A stretch of 64,000 nucleotides of DNA from a virus (IMGVR_UViG_3300031414_000009:64001-128000); one strand, 5' to 3'; shown: positions 38,136 to 48,587, counted from the stretch's first letter. Numbers and translations are program-made. Notes: generated from the letters alone by a model not told the origin.

Positions 38136-38390
38136 TTATTCACGGATTAAGTTTAAGGTAGTCACTGCGCCAGACAAACAGATCTGGATGACAGAACCAT
38201 CTTCGATTTCGTGGTCGATCGTCAACACGTCAGAAGGTTCCTGTTTGTAGAAACCACTCACATCGTGAGAGCCTAAACTACGGATGAGTTTGATGGCCCG
38301 CGCCTTGTCAACCTGATTGGATGTGCTACCCGCTTTGAGATGCATCAACAAGCTAGTTGGCAGAGCTACTACAAGTTTCTGTTCGAACAT
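38136..38390 (-). CDS. Hypothetical protein (paralog of 39071-39331)
   Basis: 84 aa; shared T.L..L...N..DK...SLG pattern. Confidence 0.65.
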   Translation of the reverse strand: MFEQKLVVALPTSLLMHLKAGSTSNQVDKARAIKLIRSLGSHDVSGFYKQEPSDVLTIDHEIEDGSVIQICLSGAVTTLNLIRE

Positions 38391-38392
38391 GA

Positions 38393-39028
38393 TTAAACCG
38401 CTTCCTTTAAAGTGACGACGTTTTGACGACCAGTCAATACTACCTTGACCGGTATATCCAATATACGTTCAACAGACACAGCGTACGCATCTGTTGGTAT
38501 ATCCAGTTTGTTGGAGGTTATATCCTCCAGTGATGTATAGTTGCTCAGGTCAGCAACTTCGATTTCGTGCTGCTGCTTAGTGATGAACATCGAGCCACTG
38601 CGATGAGTCAGAACCACCTCACGAACAGGACCCAGGTTAGAGATGCCTTCATCAGCACAACGGCGAATGATTGCTTCGTAGTGCTCTGGGTTGGACAGAT
38701 GCATCTTCCGCAACCAGTCTACGTAAGTACGGTTAACATCGTTGGTGCAATCGCGTGCATTCAGATGTGCATAGATAAGCTGAACCATTAATTGTTGGAG
38801 TTGTTCTTTCTGCTCAGCCTTATCCGTGAAACTAGCCAGCACGTCTTGATACATGACTTTGCTAGAGGACAACATCATTTCATCGAGGTTGGTTTCTGTG
38901 TTCGACATGGTTGTTTCCTTTTTCTCTGGCTGAGTAGTTTCTGCTTTATCTTTAGTACACCAGTAAACGACACCGGCCATTGCTATACCAACGACTGCGC
39001 TGCCGATTACTAAAGTTTTAGTGTTCAT
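38393..39028 (-). CDS. Single-TM anchored hypothetical protein
   Basis: MNTKTLVIGSAVVGIAMAGVVYW anchor resembles those of 20431-20622 and 48966-49412. Confidence 0.7.
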   Translation of the reverse strand: MNTKTLVIGSAVVGIAMAGVVYWCTKDKAETTQPEKKETTMSNTETNLDEMMLSSSKVMYQDVLASFTDKAEQKEQLQQLMVQLIYAHLNARDCTNDVNRTYVDWLRKMHLSNPEHYEAIIRRCADEGISNLGPVREVVLTHRSGSMFITKQQHEIEVADLSNYTSLEDITSNKLDIPTDAYAVSVERILDIPVKVVLTGRQNVVTLKEAV

Positions 39029-39070
39029 TTGGTGTGCCTTATAAAAGTGGGTTGACCATCCGGTCAGGTC

Positions 39071-39331
39071 TTATGCTTCAACAACAGTTAATACAATTTT
39101 AGAACCAGCAAAGCTAGCGGCTACAACTTTATCACCGTCTACTTCACATTCCATACAAACAGTGGGTGAGTCGTCCTGGGACAAGAGGTCGTTGACGTTC
39201 GTACCCAGCGACCAGATGAAAAGCGCATTGCGCAGTTTGCTCTTGTCAATGATTGGATTACCAGGCTGACGAAATTGCAGTTCTTTTACCAGACCAGTTA
39301 AGTTCTTTACTTTGATTGTACGAGTTGTCAT
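39071..39331 (-). CDS. Hypothetical protein (paralog of 38136-38390)
   Basis: Start moved to MTTRTI, downstream of the hairpin at 39361-39382. Confidence 0.65.
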   Translation of the reverse strand: MTTRTIKVKNLTGLVKELQFRQPGNPIIDKSKLRNALFIWSLGTNVNDLLSQDDSPTVCMECEVDGDKVVAASFAGSKIVLTVVEA

Positions 39332-39386
39332 GATTATGTTCTCAGTTGGGTATAATGAAAGAGAGAGGGCGAACCCTCTCTCAGAT

Positions 39387-40022
39387 TTAGAACTCATTCG
39401 CTGCACGTTCGATGTCTTCCGGTGACATGTAGTTAGTACACATATCTGGCAGAGCACGATGTAGTTCAGCGGCCACCGCTTGACGCATGTCGCCATCACG
39501 TACGCCAGTGAGTAGTTGCTCCACGCGATTGACGATTATCCCTGCTGCGGTCTCCGCATCTTCTTTACCTAAAGATGCATCGATAGCACGATAGTCATCC
39601 ATGACCTCGACGCTGTCAGTGTAGCCAGAGAACTGTTGTCCATAATAGCTGGCTGAACCGCCAACCTCGCTACCGCCCCAGCAGCGTTCTTCCATTGCGA
39701 GGTGTACTACAGAGTCAGGACTTGCTTCTACGATCTTAGCGATATCCATGACACTTAGGTTATCACTTATGCCACCTTCCGCAATAACCTCACCGCCCGC
39801 AGAGATGGTAACGTCTTGCCCATCCGTAACAACCGTTACCCATGGACGATTTTCCAGCTGCTCAGCCACCGTCTCGTAGTCAGGCAATGATTGTTCATCC
39901 AGACTGAGTCGTGTATGGTCAGGCATTAGCGTGACTTCCATACCGTCGATCAGTCCAGCGACGTCGGCGGACACGCCATTAACTTCGATGTGTCCTTTTA
40001 CGTCATAGTAGTCGTGAGACAT
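39387..40022 (-). CDS. Acidic hypothetical protein
   Basis: 211 aa, AGGAG RBS. Confidence 0.7.
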   Translation of the reverse strand: MSHDYYDVKGHIEVNGVSADVAGLIDGMEVTLMPDHTRLSLDEQSLPDYETVAEQLENRPWVTVVTDGQDVTISAGGEVIAEGGISDNLSVMDIAKIVEASPDSVVHLAMEERCWGGSEVGGSASYYGQQFSGYTDSVEVMDDYRAIDASLGKEDAETAAGIIVNRVEQLLTGVRDGDMRQAVAAELHRALPDMCTNYMSPEDIERAANEF

Positions 40023-40031
40023 GTTTACTCC

Positions 40032-40475
40032 TTATCCTTTAAAGTCGAGAAGCCATTTGTAGATAGTGCTGGCAGGCAGATTACGAATATCGTCCTGGGA
40101 CAGCTTTTCCATTACTGTTCTTTCGGCTACATAGAACAGCATTTGGTGCAGAGTGCCGTATTCACACGACACACGACCAATCACACAGTTAACATCCGGC
40201 ACCATTTGCTGGGTGTTGTTGAACCAGTAAACGACACCGAGTAACACATTCTCTTGATCTTCGATATCAAGATGTCTGAAACGACGGTATCCACGACCCC
40301 AGTGACAATCGCTCATGTTGGAGATATAGCGATGACGTTGTGGTAGGTGATGTGCATTTGCAGTGATGGTGGCTAACTGATCGCTGGTCAACAAACCAGG
40401 ACGGTTGATATAATACGCAGTAATGAAGATCGCGGCTGCTAATACGATTGATACTACCCAGATGTTGTCAAACAT
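40032..40475 (-). CDS. Membrane-anchored hypothetical protein
   Basis: N-terminal TM IWVVSIVLAAAIFITAYYI. Confidence 0.7.
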   Translation of the reverse strand: MFDNIWVVSIVLAAAIFITAYYINRPGLLTSDQLATITANAHHLPQRHRYISNMSDCHWGRGYRRFRHLDIEDQENVLLGVVYWFNNTQQMVPDVNCVIGRVSCEYGTLHQMLFYVAERTVMEKLSQDDIRNLPASTIYKWLLDFKG

Positions 40476-40506
40476 AATCGTGTTCCTTAAAGAAGTAGGT
40501 TAGCGT

Positions 40507-41109
40507 CTACAGACGCAAGAGTTTATTGAAGTTAAAGTTTGGGTATTTCTTTACAGCTACACTCAGGTTATCGCTGAGTGGTACACGGTTATACAATAAC
40601 CACGCAGCCAGCACCAGTTCTACGGTTCGATCTCCTTCCGGGAATGGAATGGGAGTAATGCGAGTTGCGTTGATGCGTTTCAGTTGTTCCTCTTTTGGTA
40701 CCTGCGAACATTCAGGGCATGGCACATACCCAGTTCCGTTCCAAACTGACTTACGTTCAATTTCGAACGACATCATGTTACGGTTGTGGTACCAGCTAAC
40801 ACAACACTCAGGGTAACCGAACATTGCCCCAGGTCTGTGTTGCGGTATGTCACCGAGATCGTATACATCTACGAAATGCTCATCGGTGTGGAAACGAAGT
40901 TTATTGCCGACGACAGTTACTTTACAGTCCACAATGAATCGTGGGTCGTGACGCAGCAGCTCTACCATAATGGAAGGGTCGTAGCAGTCACTGATAACCT
41001 GTGTGATAAAGACATGTTTATGCCACAGGGTATCGAAGGCACCGCCCGAAAGATAGGACGATGTGTCGATATGATCTTTTACGGTATAGCAAGCCACGGC
41101 GAGTTGCAT
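40507..41109 (-). CDS. Cys-rich protein, DUF483-like
   Basis: G.MFGYPECC and YVPCPEC motifs. Confidence 0.6.
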   Translation of the reverse strand: MQLAVACYTVKDHIDTSSYLSGGAFDTLWHKHVFITQVISDCYDPSIMVELLRHDPRFIVDCKVTVVGNKLRFHTDEHFVDVYDLGDIPQHRPGAMFGYPECCVSWYHNRNMMSFEIERKSVWNGTGYVPCPECSQVPKEEQLKRINATRITPIPFPEGDRTVELVLAAWLLYNRVPLSDNLSVAVKKYPNFNFNKLLRL

Positions 41110-41118
41110 AGGACCTCC

Positions 41119-41316
41119 TTACTCTAGTATTTTGCTTTTGATGTAATGTCCCACAGCGAAAGTAGTAAGCGCCACACCAAGTCCTGAAAAGAAGCAGGTC
41201 TTATCGCACTCGCCACGTACTTCAGCTACGGCATGCATGGTAACGGCTGCCGCAGTACCAGCAATGGCATTGATTGCGTTATCGATCAGGAACTCAGCGA
41301 TAGGGTTAGTTTTCAT
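41119..41316 (-). CDS. Small two-helix membrane protein
   Basis: Two Ala/Gly-rich hydrophobic segments around a charged loop. Confidence 0.7.
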   Translation of the reverse strand: MKTNPIAEFLIDNAINAIAGTAAAVTMHAVAEVRGECDKTCFFSGLGVALTTFAVGHYIKSKILE

Positions 41317-41327
41317 TTCGGTGGACC

Positions 41328-41516
41328 TTATTTAAATAAACAGATTGTGCCTGCAACCAGTACAGACATTCCGCATGCAGCACCGACACCCATTGCGTCA
41401 GCGGCTTCTTGTGTGACATCTGGATCGTTCATCGCACCTTCACGAATGAGGAATCCAGTTATTGCACCAGCGGCTAAACCGATGGCAATTGCGTTCTCTT
41501 TTAAGAAGTCTCCCAT
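41328..41516 (-). CDS. Small two-helix membrane protein
   Basis: AIAIGLAAGAITGFLI...GVGAACGMSVLVAG; GAGG RBS; first gene behind promoter copy 2. Confidence 0.75.
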   Translation of the reverse strand: MGDFLKENAIAIGLAAGAITGFLIREGAMNDPDVTQEAADAMGVGAACGMSVLVAGTICLFK

Positions 41517-41545
41517 TGGATCATCCTCTCTATTGATTCACCGGA

Positions 41546-41575
41546 GTATTATATATCTGAAAATCTGCTGAAACG
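41546..41575 (-). promoter_or_regulatory. Extended early promoter, copy 2 of the 27-bp repeat
   Basis: TTATATATCTGAAAATCTGCTGAAACG, 24/27 identical to the other two copies. Confidence 0.75.
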
Positions 41576-41634
41576 TCGCAGATCTTATGTTGCACTATCT
41601 ATAACTCCCTGCCATTAAATAGGAAGGGTCACGC

Positions 41635-42444
41635 ATGAGTATGTACAAAAAAGGCTCCACCGATACGGTATTGGAAGCCATCAACACAGAAAACGCCATT
41701 GCCGTTAACCCGCTTTCACTTAAGAATGTGGGGTTCGGTATTCCTATGGCTGTTAGCACACCGGGTGCTTCACAGAACGCTCGTGTGCGCATATATGGAC
41801 TTATGCGACAGGGGTATCAGGGCACAGTCGATATTGAATATCGTCGGCTGGCACTAGAGTCTCTTTTTGAGAACCAAACTCTCTTAGTTCAGTTTAGCGG
41901 AGCTAAATCACTGAACGACCTTTTACCTGCAATCAATGCCACGTACGCAACTAACTTTGAGAAAGGGGATGTTGTAAACGTGGACGTGTCTACACTAGGT
42001 GATGATTACATCGTTACGCTAGAGACCGCCGCTAGTTGTTTGATGTGGTCAGGGGCAGTAGACATTCGTGTTGTAAAAGCACGACCAGCATTAGGATCAT
42101 TGATTCTACAGCAGAAGATGGCCATCGTCACTGAGCCATTCCCTGTCTCTGGCGCTAAGCGACTGGAGTATGTCGGCTGGGGATATAACTTCGCCGAAGC
42201 GGCTACCGAACTACTCAAGTACAACGGTAAAAGCGCAGACGCATCACTTGTTAGTGTTATTAATGGTGTTGTGGATTTAGGGTTGGTCTTTACAACCGCT
42301 GGTTCCGTGCAGAAAGGACAAGTTAACCTTACTGGTGCGACATGTGCTGTTGTAACGGCAGACGGCTTCACGACGCTTGAAATCAAGAACATTCAAAGTA
42401 ACGAATGGGTCGGAACACTAATCATCCCTTGGGTGGTGGAGTAG
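41635..42444 (+). CDS. Virion tail/baseplate-associated paralog 1
   Basis: Family pattern: N-terminal helix L..IN..N, Y.R..L..LF, LL..IN..Y, C-terminal G.L.+.+. Confidence 0.7.
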   Translation: MSMYKKGSTDTVLEAINTENAIAVNPLSLKNVGFGIPMAVSTPGASQNARVRIYGLMRQGYQGTVDIEYRRLALESLFENQTLLVQFSGAKSLNDLLPAINATYATNFEKGDVVNVDVSTLGDDYIVTLETAASCLMWSGAVDIRVVKARPALGSLILQQKMAIVTEPFPVSGAKRLEYVGWGYNFAEAATELLKYNGKSADASLVSVINGVVDLGLVFTTAGSVQKGQVNLTGATCAVVTADGFTTLEIKNIQSNEWVGTLIIPWVVE

Positions 42445-42447
42445 CCT

Positions 42448-43290
42448 ATGTTTCTTTATCCGAACGGGAAGCAGTTTATCATCAACTACCTTAACAAGAC
42501 GAATAAAACCAGCCTGGCTCCTCAGGAGTATATCTGGTTGGGTCCTCGCGCGTTAACGGACGATGAGAAGACTGCTTTCCCTACCTGCGATACTGCGGTG
42601 CAAATTAAGTCTAGTGCGGACGCTAAGACTTACGGAAATCTGGATTTGTATTACACTCGATATGACATTTCCAAGTTCCTCGGCATTGGTACAGAGAACG
42701 ACATTGAGTTACCTATTTCTCCGATCACCGTGAGCAGTAACTACGAATGTTTAGGTTCTCTCTATCAGTTCCTGGGCATCGAGTTGACAAAGGACGAAGT
42801 CAAGCTCGAATCGGTGAATTGGGATAACCGCACTGCTCGCTTCGAGTTGCTACCGAACTCACTGCTGTGGTTCGGCGTTCTTACTGTGCGCATCCGCCCC
42901 GGTGATAGCGTGTTATCTGACCTCGTCGGTAACAATGAAACCTCAACGATGTTCAGTTATCCAAACTTCAACACCAATAATGGCCAAGGGCCGATTTATG
43001 CCTATGGTGTTAACTTCACCGAGGCTATGCGTCCATACGCTGGCAAAGGGTTAGACATTAAGCCTGCTGACTTAATGGGTATCCTGGCTACGACAGGCGA
43101 TCCTTGGACTCTGTTCCGTTCTCCGAGCAACTGGAACTTGTTCGAATCGGAAGTGATTTACAACGGACCAAATAGCTCCGATTTTCCAACCGACCCGTTC
43201 TATGAGAATGTGTGTGTTGTAAAGCTGGCGCTCTATTGCACCAACCTTGCTGGAACATTGTATATCCAGTATAACTCAACAAGCCTGTAA
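42448..43290 (+). CDS. Virion tail/baseplate-associated paralog 2
   Basis: YTRYDI, QG.IYAYG.NF, GTLYIQYN. Confidence 0.7.
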   Translation: MFLYPNGKQFIINYLNKTNKTSLAPQEYIWLGPRALTDDEKTAFPTCDTAVQIKSSADAKTYGNLDLYYTRYDISKFLGIGTENDIELPISPITVSSNYECLGSLYQFLGIELTKDEVKLESVNWDNRTARFELLPNSLLWFGVLTVRIRPGDSVLSDLVGNNETSTMFSYPNFNTNNGQGPIYAYGVNFTEAMRPYAGKGLDIKPADLMGILATTGDPWTLFRSPSNWNLFESEVIYNGPNSSDFPTDPFYENVCVVKLALYCTNLAGTLYIQYNSTSL

Positions 43291-43301
43291 GGATTTGACA
43301 A

Positions 43302-44177
43302 ATGGGTAAGTATAACAAACCATCCGATGTTCTGGTTCTCGACCTGATCAATGAAACCAACACTGATCCAAGCACCAGCGTGAGCATCAACATTAATAGC
43401 AGCCAGGTAGTATTCGGTAAGCCATCTGTTGTTGCAGCCGGTGAGGGTATCGACTGGAATACTCTCCTGCGTTGCACGGCTACTCGTAGCTCTCCGTACG
43501 TAGGTAGCGTAGATCTGCAATACAACCGTTTGAACATTACCAAACTGTTCAAAAATATCGCCGTTAACCTTGACGTTAAAGGTGCTACCAAAACCAGCGA
43601 TCTGCTGGCGCGTCTGAATGCGCGCTATGGTCTGAGCATCGATGCGAAAGAAGTCGTTGAAAATACTGTAGCGACTCGCGATACCGACCATCCTGTCGTT
43701 ACCCACACTATCGTTATCGCAGATACATCTCTGGCGTATACCGGTACTCTGGATGTCACCATCGGTGAAGATGCTGATGTCGGTGAGCGTCTGAACTTGG
43801 TCATCACCAAACCGAAGTTGGATGGTCTGCACTATCCAGTTGATGACACTGAGAAAGGCCAGGCTTACGTCTATTCCTACGGTGTGGACTGCAACGCCAT
43901 CCGCGTGTTCCTCCAGACACTGGTTGCTGGGGTAGCTGTGGATGACACCGCGTTAGCCAAAGAGCTGAACAAAGTTGTCCCTGAGCTGTGGGTTGCTGAT
44001 TCCACCAAAGCACTGGACTACAACGTGAACGGCGCAACAGTTATCTTCTCTGGCGCTACCAGCGATCCAGATGCTGTTGACGCAAACACTGCGTTCAGTA
44101 AAGTTGTGATCGTTCGTCTGGATGACACTAAGTGCTCTAACTTCGCTGGCGATCTGTACCTGCATTTCAACGCGTAA
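43302..44177 (+). CDS. Virion tail/baseplate-associated paralog 3 (strongest codon bias, likely high copy)
   Basis: YNRLNI..LF, LDGL.YP, GDLYLHFN; followed by a cUUCGg hairpin at 44183-44202. Confidence 0.75.
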   Translation: MGKYNKPSDVLVLDLINETNTDPSTSVSININSSQVVFGKPSVVAAGEGIDWNTLLRCTATRSSPYVGSVDLQYNRLNITKLFKNIAVNLDVKGATKTSDLLARLNARYGLSIDAKEVVENTVATRDTDHPVVTHTIVIADTSLAYTGTLDVTIGEDADVGERLNLVITKPKLDGLHYPVDDTEKGQAYVYSYGVDCNAIRVFLQTLVAGVAVDDTALAKELNKVVPELWVADSTKALDYNVNGATVIFSGATSDPDAVDANTAFSKVVIVRLDDTKCSNFAGDLYLHFNA

Positions 44178-44215
44178 CTGCAATGGGGACTTCGGTCCCC
44201 ATAGAGGGGTAACGA

Positions 44216-45013
44216 ATGCCTATTTACAATAAGTCACCCTTGGGGCTTTTGTGCGATGAAATAAACGCGCGTCAAACTCCAAAGCTGCCCCTGTCGCCAA
44301 CCAACGTACGTGTTCGTAAGGTGGAGGCCATTACCGCAAGGGATATCACCAAACCCAATGCTAAGGTCACACTGGTAGGTAGACAATCTCACGGCATTAC
44401 AGGCGAGTTAACGGTATTGGTTAGGCGCATTGCGCTGGCCACTCTCTTTAAGAACCTGAAGCCGATTGTTATTGCTTCGCGTAACATCACGTTCGCTGAG
44501 GCGGCGCGACTACTTAATGTTCAGTACGGATTGAATCTCGACCCAGCGGACTTCAGAGACGATATCTATACCGGACGCCCTAACTTTAACTTAACTCCAG
44601 GTGCAAACTCGTTACAGTACTACGGGTCGGTTACTATCAAGATTGTCGACATGATAAAGGATCTGGGCTATCTCAGGTCACTTCAGATCGATGAGCGCAA
44701 ACACCCAGTTGCTGTGGATGGGCGCAAGTGCATCGACATGTTATCTTGGGGTTGGGATAATACGGATATCCGATCGTACATTACGGCTATTCCGGCAGGT
44801 AAGCTCTCGAACACCACGGCAGTCAGCTCATTACTTAGTGAGTTAAAGGATGCACGCGGAATAACTATCAACGTAACGGGTGCAACCATACGCCACTACA
44901 ATCCCATCGGCGGGTTAGCGACAGCGAATATGATTTACGATCGAGTTAGTATCATCAGCGGTATTGACGATCCAAACTACGCTGGCACCATGTATCTTCA
45001 CTTCAACGTGTAG
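44216..45013 (+). CDS. Virion tail/baseplate-associated paralog 4
   Basis: RRIAL..LF, GTMYLHFN. Confidence 0.7.
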   Translation: MPIYNKSPLGLLCDEINARQTPKLPLSPTNVRVRKVEAITARDITKPNAKVTLVGRQSHGITGELTVLVRRIALATLFKNLKPIVIASRNITFAEAARLLNVQYGLNLDPADFRDDIYTGRPNFNLTPGANSLQYYGSVTIKIVDMIKDLGYLRSLQIDERKHPVAVDGRKCIDMLSWGWDNTDIRSYITAIPAGKLSNTTAVSSLLSELKDARGITINVTGATIRHYNPIGGLATANMIYDRVSIISGIDDPNYAGTMYLHFNV

Positions 45014-45023
45014 GAGCGGCAGC

Positions 45024-45899
45024 ATGCCACTTTATAACGATATTAAAACGGCGTTAATCACCAACCTTAACCAGTTGAATGGTGCGTCCGTCAGGGTTGG
45101 TGAATTAACGTTCTCCAAACCACAGCCTACCAATGGCAAATGGAATGGTAAAGACGTAACTCAGAATACCGCTGTTCGCATCACGGCTACGGCAGGAGCG
45201 TCATGGACGGGCACAACTGTACTGTTGTATAACCGTTTGAAACTCAGCGATCTTTCCACTCTGATCGGTAACGTTGTTAAGGTCAGTAATATCGATACGG
45301 TCTGGGAGCTTATCAGTGCACTTAACTCATTCTACGGTCTGGGCTTAGACACCACTGATTTCGTAAACGACGCCATCGCTATTAACTCTGACGGCAACGG
45401 AACTGTAGACTTAACTGCATTGCCTACAAGTCTGGGTTGGACTGGAACGTGGTCAATTGCAATTGCTAAAGGCGATGCTAACCTTCCGGATGCTGTATCC
45501 AATACCACGCTTAACGGTCTTTATTATCCTGTTTCCGAGGACATCACTAAGCGCTTGGCGCAGTCAATCTTCTACGGAAGTGACTTCACCGACGTTTATG
45601 ATACTATCAAAGGTTACGCGCCAGGTAAGGTACTGGATGATGACATGTTGGCCATTATCAACGCTCACCAGTCATACGCCACCGCGACCGGTAAGTGGGT
45701 AAATGCCGCTACGCCAGCAGCGCAAAATAACCTGTACGGAACGACTGTCGTTTCTAACGGTAAAGCGAGCGAAGTACAGTACGCTAACTCAGACCGTTAT
45801 GAGTTCGTTGTTGTATTGAGGCCGAGCGCGTCAACTCTCAGCGTCCGTGGTGATTTCTTGTTCCACTATAATAAACCACTCGATCCGACTGGCATCTGA
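45024..45899 (+). CDS. Virion tail/baseplate-associated paralog 5
   Basis: Start moved to MPLYND after AGGAG; YNRL.L, LNGLYYP, GDFLFHYN. Confidence 0.7.
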   Translation: MPLYNDIKTALITNLNQLNGASVRVGELTFSKPQPTNGKWNGKDVTQNTAVRITATAGASWTGTTVLLYNRLKLSDLSTLIGNVVKVSNIDTVWELISALNSFYGLGLDTTDFVNDAIAINSDGNGTVDLTALPTSLGWTGTWSIAIAKGDANLPDAVSNTTLNGLYYPVSEDITKRLAQSIFYGSDFTDVYDTIKGYAPGKVLDDDMLAIINAHQSYATATGKWVNAATPAAQNNLYGTTVVSNGKASEVQYANSDRYEFVVVLRPSASTLSVRGDFLFHYNKPLDPTGI

Positions 45900-45911
45900 T
45901 AAGGGGTTACG

Positions 45912-46757
45912 ATGTTCTACTCAAAGAACTCCAAGGAATTAGTCTACGACCTTATTTCGCAGGCTAACCCAAATATCCAGCCCGCTTTAACTAGCGCAAA
46001 TAGTATCGTTGAGGCTGTTACTGCGGTTACACCGAGCGCGGCCAACGGGATGCGAAATACCCAAGCCCGCGTTCGTGCCATTCAGGGTGCAGGTTATAGC
46101 GGCTCTTTCATCGTTTACTACAACCGCATTAGCTTACAACAGGTGATGTTGGTTAACGACTGGTGGAGCGGCTACACGAATGTCAGAATAGACAGCTATT
46201 CCGGTAACTCGGTGCATGCCCTTCTGCCATTGATCGCTGCGCGTTACGGCATTAACCTCAATACCTGGGACGTAAACAACCAGAACTTGAGTACCCAAGG
46301 TATCGCAGATCGAGTTGAGCGCGTTGGGTTAGCAACAGGTGCTTCCTGTCCAGCATACACTGGTTCTGTGATCTTAGCAGTATATCGCGGTAAACCGACG
46401 TTAGAAGAACAGGCGTCAATCACAGCCCTCTCGCAAGCCCAACACTTCGACGCCACAGCAGCTACTATCGCCGCTGGTATGAAATCGGCGGCATTGTGTA
46501 CGTGGGGCCTGGACTTGACCGACAATAAGAACCTGATCAATAGCGCCAGTGCCGTATTGAGTAACTGGTCGGCACTGATGGGTGTTCTTGCTAACTACGG
46601 CGTACCACCGATGGATACACCAACATCCAACCAGATAGGTATCGTCGTACCCACAACCAACCAATATGCCAACCCTAATTTCGATCGCGTTACAATTGTT
46701 ACCGGCTTAACTGGCGCTAACATCCAGGGCACCGCATACTTCCACTTTAACCTTTAA
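45912..46757 (+). CDS. Virion tail/baseplate-associated paralog 6
   Basis: YNRISL, GTAYFHFN. Confidence 0.7.
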   Translation: MFYSKNSKELVYDLISQANPNIQPALTSANSIVEAVTAVTPSAANGMRNTQARVRAIQGAGYSGSFIVYYNRISLQQVMLVNDWWSGYTNVRIDSYSGNSVHALLPLIAARYGINLNTWDVNNQNLSTQGIADRVERVGLATGASCPAYTGSVILAVYRGKPTLEEQASITALSQAQHFDATAATIAAGMKSAALCTWGLDLTDNKNLINSASAVLSNWSALMGVLANYGVPPMDTPTSNQIGIVVPTTNQYANPNFDRVTIVTGLTGANIQGTAYFHFNL

Positions 46758-46767
46758 GGGGTAGACA

Positions 46768-47670
46768 ATGTCTGGCTTCTATCAAAAGGCATCAATTGAC
46801 TTGTTGTATGATCTCATCAACAAGGACAACCCCAATCTGCCATACGTGGTGTCAGCAAACACCTTCGTAGTGCACTCTGGGCCAAAGGTCATGGACCCCG
46901 CTACAAATAACGGCCGTAACACTCAGGTGGTAATGCGTGCTGTTCCAAATGGCGGGTACCGTGGATTAGTTACCCTCAACTATAACCGCATCGATTTGGC
47001 TAGTCTGTTCAAAGACATCGAAGTGGTTATTACGCATTACACCGCAAACACGTTTGCTACACTGTTACCGATGTTTAACTCGGTATACGGTATGGCACTG
47101 ACAACCGATGAAATGCAAAACCCAAGCTGGACTAATAGCGCGGCATCTACAACTGTCGCTATCACAACAGCCGGTGTCAAAAATACAACCGCGTCGTTAG
47201 CGTTCATCGGGACTATTCCTAAGTTCACGTGGAAACGCGGCAACCCAAGTTTAGAGACTTTGATCACTCGTCCTGAACCAAAGATGTTGATGCCCGCAAT
47301 TCTTACCGACGGGGCAGATTTTTCGCAACGCTATCGCGGCATGGATTTTACATCAATACGTGCTGAACTTCTGGCTGTTAACAGCGCTAACAGTGCACCA
47401 GCGTGGACGGCACTCGCAGCCAAGTTGAAAGAAGTTACTGGCGATTCCTGGACGTATGTTGGCACCAGCAACATCCCTTTTAACCTCTACTTTGCATCCC
47501 TGTACCTGACTTCAGTTCCGGGTGGACCGAGTGCAGTAGACACCGCAGACTACTGGTACACCGACTGCACACATTTCGCACGTATCACGCTTAATGTTCA
47601 GTTCAACGGCACAGCCCGCAACGGTGGTAACGGGTTAGCCTCGTACCTTCTGTTGCCGTACAACGGATAA
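46768..47670 (+). CDS. Virion tail/baseplate-associated paralog 7
   Basis: YNRIDL..LF, C-terminal YLLLPYN. Confidence 0.7.
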   Translation: MSGFYQKASIDLLYDLINKDNPNLPYVVSANTFVVHSGPKVMDPATNNGRNTQVVMRAVPNGGYRGLVTLNYNRIDLASLFKDIEVVITHYTANTFATLLPMFNSVYGMALTTDEMQNPSWTNSAASTTVAITTAGVKNTTASLAFIGTIPKFTWKRGNPSLETLITRPEPKMLMPAILTDGADFSQRYRGMDFTSIRAELLAVNSANSAPAWTALAAKLKEVTGDSWTYVGTSNIPFNLYFASLYLTSVPGGPSAVDTADYWYTDCTHFARITLNVQFNGTARNGGNGLASYLLLPYNG

Positions 47671-47679
47671 GGACCCATC

Positions 47680-48585
47680 ATGCTTGCTCGTAACTATTGG
47701 AGTTCCAAGTTTATTGACCGACTCCTGACGACCACGTCGTCAAACAACGGCATGACAACAATGACAACTGATAATGTCATTGTATCCAAACCAGCGGTTT
47801 TAAATGGCACGTGGCATCAGGCCACCACCGATAAGAACACTGCTGTCCGCGTTACTGGCGTAGAAGGCGGCATCTACACCGGTACTAACTACATTCTGTA
47901 TGATCGCGTGGGCTTCGAGGCGTATGTGAATATCAAGGGCGACGGTTATAAAACCAAACCCATGCAGATTCCAGCCATCACTAAGAAATCTCAGTTGGTT
48001 CCTTTCCTGAATATCTATTTCGGATTGGGTCTGTCTGCCGATGAGATCATCGAAGGTGATGTGACAATCCCAAGTGCTGGCGGAGTCTTCACTATTCGCA
48101 TTGACCCAACTGCTAACAACTATCAGTTTAACGCGGGGTATGACTTCCCATGTACAACCGATGGTTATGTTGCGTCCGCAACAGTAAAGAAAGCTGATCT
48201 GTCTGGTTTAGTCTACCCTTCGACAGATCTTACAGCTTCCCAAGCTTATATGGCGAGCTATCCACTTAGCTTCACCAAAGAGTTTGCAACGTTATCGAAG
48301 CTGACGGTCCAATCCCAGGTAGACGCCGCACTGATGAAGTCCATCAACAACGTGATGGGCACTAAGTTCACAATGGAAGCAGGCGATTATAGCCTGTCGG
48401 GAGCGAAGATTATTTACGCTGCATTGAACAGTACTGCTGTTCAGGCTAACCCGAATTACAAGTATGTAGTCACCATTAAACTGTCCAACGATTCTGTTAA
48501 GATGCGCGGAACTCTGATTCTGCAATACAACGAACCGTTCGATGTCACTTTACCGCCAGCCGATGGCGAGGCTATTCCGGGGTAA
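47680..48585 (+). CDS. Virion tail/baseplate-associated paralog 8
   Basis: YDR, LSGLVYP, GTLILQYN. Confidence 0.7.
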   Translation: MLARNYWSSKFIDRLLTTTSSNNGMTTMTTDNVIVSKPAVLNGTWHQATTDKNTAVRVTGVEGGIYTGTNYILYDRVGFEAYVNIKGDGYKTKPMQIPAITKKSQLVPFLNIYFGLGLSADEIIEGDVTIPSAGGVFTIRIDPTANNYQFNAGYDFPCTTDGYVASATVKKADLSGLVYPSTDLTASQAYMASYPLSFTKEFATLSKLTVQSQVDAALMKSINNVMGTKFTMEAGDYSLSGAKIIYAALNSTAVQANPNYKYVVTIKLSNDSVKMRGTLILQYNEPFDVTLPPADGEAIPG

Positions 48586-48587
48586 CT

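Noticed and set aside
43088-43832. Overlapping minus-strand ORFs of 167 and 199 aa
   Set aside because: Antisense shadows of paralogs 2 and 3
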